Virus record (IMG/VR): IMGVR_UViG_3300037408_000869
Span: 1 to 40,036 of that record
From: a virus
Taxonomy: Duplodnaviria; Caudoviricetes
Length of the DNA: 40,036 nt
Direction: 5' to 3' (one strand)
In this document: in pieces, positions 37,451-40,036 of the stretch
How the letters are laid out: every line of letters begins with the position of its first letter
Numbering within the stretch: position 1 is the stretch's first letter
Notes under the pieces: model-generated
Databases searched by the model: none
What the model was told of the DNA's origin: nothing
What the model saw: the letters and a program-made list of their open reading frames with translations, nothing else
Made by a program: the position numbers and the translations under genes

Positions 37451-38455
37451 GTGAAGAGGGGTACACCGGACCATCCGAAACTGCGGGGGCTGGCGCGGAT
37501 GCTGGGACTTGAGACATGGGGTGCCGTGGGGATCCTGGAGAGCCTCTGGCACTTCACCGCACGGTTCGCGCCGCGGGGTGACATCGGTCGCTACAGCGAC
37601 GAAGACATCGCACTTGGCATCGACTATCGCGGCAGAGTCGACGAGTTGATGTGCGCGTTGACTCAACTTAGGTGGATCGACGCGTGTGCTGTGAATCGAT
37701 ACGTCGTCCACGACTGGGCAGAGCACGCCGACGAAAGCGTTAAGAAACTCATACTTAGAAACGGATGGGAGTTCGCAAAAGTCGAGACACGTCGGAATAA
37801 AGTCTCGACACGTCGGAAGAAAGTCTGCCTGCCAGAGCCAGAGCCAGAGCCTAAGCCAGAGCCATATACTTCGTTGCCTGGATTCGTGGACTTCTGGTCA
37901 GTCTACCCGAAGAAGCAGAACAAGCAGGATGCCCTGGTCGAGTGGAAGAAACTCGACCCGGATGACGCACTCGCGACCAGGATTGTGGCAGACGTGCGTC
38001 GTCGCTGTGGAACAGACGAGTGGCAGAAAGAGAACGGCAAGTACGTTCCGCATCCGAGGACGTACTTGCGCAAGCGTCGATGGGAGGACGAGGACGATGC
38101 AGACTCAGCAGCAAGACTTCTGGCCCCCAGGCCAAACCCCAACCAACTATCCCGGGAGCTCCGGGAGCGGGAGTGGCGTGAGGATGCCAGACGGGCAGAG
38201 CGATCCCGTGGAGAGGACCTCCGAGAACGCGGAGCTCAGGATGCTCCGAATCGCGAAACGGGAGGTGGAGACCCTGTCGCACAGGTTCCCTGGACGGGGG
38301 TGGGGGGACCTGACAATGAAGGACCTCGAGGTGAACCTGCTGACCTTGACCGCACTGGCGGATCGATTGCAGGACTGTCGCCACTGTCCCGGGTTGGGAT
38401 CGTGCAAAGTCTCCTACACCGTCGTCAGGCGGGCGGAGGTCGAGACCAGGGATGA
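37451..38455 (+). CDS. Phage replication initiator
   Basis: N-terminal wHTH-like region (HPK...LAR.LG...AVG.L..LW; HDWAEH), PEPEP linker, FW..YPKK..K..A...W...Y.PHP.TYL...RWEDE. Confidence 0.85.
   Translation: MKRGTPDHPKLRGLARMLGLETWGAVGILESLWHFTARFAPRGDIGRYSDEDIALGIDYRGRVDELMCALTQLRWIDACAVNRYVVHDWAEHADESVKKLILRNGWEFAKVETRRNKVSTRRKKVCLPEPEPEPKPEPYTSLPGFVDFWSVYPKKQNKQDALVEWKKLDPDDALATRIVADVRRRCGTDEWQKENGKYVPHPRTYLRKRRWEDEDDADSAARLLAPRPNPNQLSRELREREWREDARRAERSRGEDLRERGAQDAPNRETGGGDPVAQVPWTGVGGPDNEGPRGEPADLDRTGGSIAGLSPLSRVGIVQSLLHRRQAGGGRDQG
37778..37865 (+). repeat. Iteron-like repeats inside the initiator gene (candidate origin)
   Basis: AAAGTCnnGACACGTCGGAAn twice (37778-37819) plus a partial copy, then GCCAGA tandem repeats. 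Confidence 0.6.
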
Positions 38456-38567
38456 TGGTGGTCGGCGTGTCGTGCTGTGGTGGGGGGCCTGTCGTGTCGC
38501 ACGCCCGCACAGGTTCTTCGATGCGAAGACGAGTACGTGGAAGTTTCGGGAGAACGTACTGACGTGA
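38184..38567 (+). CDS. Cys-containing hypothetical protein overlapping the initiator 3' end
   Basis: DCRHCPGLGSC...GAC; ends 12 bp before the next ORF. Confidence 0.5.
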   Translation: MPDGQSDPVERTSENAELRMLRIAKREVETLSHRFPGRGWGDLTMKDLEVNLLTLTALADRLQDCRHCPGLGSCKVSYTVVRRAEVETRDDGGRRVVLWWGACRVARPHRFFDAKTSTWKFRENVLT

Positions 38568-38579
38568 GGCACTGGAGGG

Positions 38580-39326
38580 GTGATGGGGATCGGACTGACA
38601 AGCGACGAACTTGACGACGTAGCGAGACACGTTAGGCAACTTGAGTCCAAACTCGCCGCCGCCCTGCGCGAGCGGGACGCTCTCCGCGCCATGCTTGGCG
38701 AGATCCTTGCCCTCGAAGACGTGGAATCGCCAAGCCGCGACGGCAGCGAGAACGCCGCCAGTGTTGTAGGCGATGCGCTGGAACATCTGCGGCGCGAGCG
38801 GGACGAGGCGCTAGCCGCGATGTCGGCAGATACGGCTGATGTCGCTCTTGCCTTTGCTGTGGCGAAACGCGAGCGAGACGAAGCGCGGGCGGCGATACGG
38901 GATGTGCTGGACGCAGCTATCTGTGAGTGCGGCGATCACTGCCAGGCAGACGGTGCGCTGTGTGTGACGTGCGCCCGCGAGCTACGCGCCCAACTCGCCG
39001 CCGCCCTGCGCGAGCGGGACATACTGCGCACAGGTCAGGATGACCTACGCAGTCAACTGGCCGCTGCACAGCGACGTGGAGAGGAGATGTGGATGGTGGC
39101 AGACCATGCGCTGACCGAGCGGGACGAGGCGCGGGTACAACTGGACGACGAACGTAGGACAAACATTCACCTAACGTCGGAACTAGCAGATGCGCGGCGG
39201 GTAGCGTTCGTGCTGAGTCAAGCAGACGGCAGTGGTGCCGATCTCAATGCGTGGATGTCTGCGTGGGAGGCGGCGAGGGAGTGGGGTCCGGCTGATGAGT
39301 GCAACCGAGAGAAGGGAGTCGTATGA
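38580..39326 (+). CDS. Coiled-coil protein with ERDEAR-type repeats
   Basis: Exact 29-bp duplication at 38650-38678 and 38992-39020. Confidence 0.7.
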   Translation: MMGIGLTSDELDDVARHVRQLESKLAAALRERDALRAMLGEILALEDVESPSRDGSENAASVVGDALEHLRRERDEALAAMSADTADVALAFAVAKRERDEARAAIRDVLDAAICECGDHCQADGALCVTCARELRAQLAAALRERDILRTGQDDLRSQLAAAQRRGEEMWMVADHALTERDEARVQLDDERRTNIHLTSELADARRVAFVLSQADGSGADLNAWMSAWEAAREWGPADECNREKGVV

Positions 39327-39607
39327 AACGAGTTCTGGTGATTCTTGCCTGCTCGATGCTGGCATGTGCAGCGTGCGAAGTGCGCAACAACCTCGGCAAG
39401 CGCAAGGCGATGCCGACCCCGTCGACCAGGATGGCAATGCGGGAGTTGCTGCCCACAATGCCAGGGACGGGAGAATCTGAGCAGTGCGAGGTGTGCGTTG
39501 ACGGGAAGCTCGGGGCGTGTAGCGACCTGCGCACAATGGGGTGCGCGGAAGGTCGAGCTAGCGGTCTGATCCCGAGGTACGAATGGTCGGAAAGGAAGGG
39601 AAAGTGA
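39323..39607 (+). CDS. Small Cys-rich putative lipoprotein
   Basis: MKRVLVILACSMLACAAC signal; ATGA overlap. Confidence 0.55.
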   Translation: MKRVLVILACSMLACAACEVRNNLGKRKAMPTPSTRMAMRELLPTMPGTGESEQCEVCVDGKLGACSDLRTMGCAEGRASGLIPRYEWSERKGK

Positions 39608-39810
39608 TGGCGAGGAAAACAGCGAGCAAGGCGGGGATCGAGTATCTACTGGCGTGCGCAGCGTGCGTCGAGGAAATCAGGGAGCTGCTCGAGAACCGCG
39701 GGCTGGCCGGCAGGAGGCGCAAGCCCTCGAAGCGCAGTGCGGAGAAGATCAACGCCCGCTCTGTAGCGGGCGATGACCATGACGTCAGAGCGGACGGACC
39801 TCGTGTCTGA
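39607..39810 (+). CDS. Hypothetical protein
   Basis: Start overlaps the upstream stop. Confidence 0.5.
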   Translation: MARKTASKAGIEYLLACAACVEEIRELLENRGLAGRRRKPSKRSAEKINARSVAGDDHDVRADGPRV

Positions 39811-40015
39811 ACATGCGCCTGACCGCTTCCTTGCCCTTTGGTGAGGCGTTCCAGGCTGCAGCCGCCATCTCCTTCGATTCCGAGATGCCACGCCCAGCTG
39901 GGCCTTTGGCGCCGCAGCGGGGGCACTCGACGACGTATCGCTTGTCGCGGTGCTCTTTGAGTAGCACGCGCCGGTTCAAGCAGAACGGGCAGTGGTAGAG
40001 CTTGGGGTCTGTCAT
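39785..40015 (-). CDS. Lar-family restriction-alleviation zinc-finger protein
   Basis: CPFC...V.C..CGA.GP.......A..AWN. Confidence 0.8.
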   Translation of the reverse strand: MTDPKLYHCPFCLNRRVLLKEHRDKRYVVECPRCGAKGPAGRGISESKEMAAAAWNASPKGKEAVRRMFRHEVRPL

Positions 40016-40036
40016 GCCCGTCGCCAGCCCGTGGCA

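Noticed and set aside
38650-39135. 29-bp duplication and GAGCGGGAC repeats as mobile-element ends
   Set aside because: In-frame duplications encoding the coiled-coil LAAALRERD/ERDEAR units common in phage accessory proteins

Overview
The window looks like a near-complete, GC-rich temperate podovirus-type phage genome in its unintegrated (attP) configuration. On the + strand (about 1.6-29.5 kb) lies the late module: probable TerS, TerL, P22-like portal, scaffold, N4-gp56-type capsid, a split lysis cassette, tail adaptor and nozzle, a GNAT/HlyC-like acyltransferase, ejection proteins and a 2166-aa polyvalent protein. On the - strand (29.3-34.9 kb) is a recombination operon. A + strand block (35.0-39.8 kb) holds two RHH regulators, Xis, a tyrosine integrase, a tRNA-His-like attP and a replication initiator. 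The most unusual points are: (1) five signal-peptide-bearing proteins within the virion module, built from shared Cys-rich, Pro/Thr mucin-like and beta-sandwich parts, with one domain also inserted in the nozzle, and no recognisable classical tail fibre; (2) three compositionally foreign genes, each preceded by the same 17-bp repeat that also forms the 3' end of the exonuclease gene; (3) strong genome-wide enrichment of CTCGAG, with a palindrome cluster upstream of the packaging genes; (4) a repeated AAAC-N3-GTTT operator-like motif at late promoters. All family assignments come from motif recognition by eye, not from database searches.
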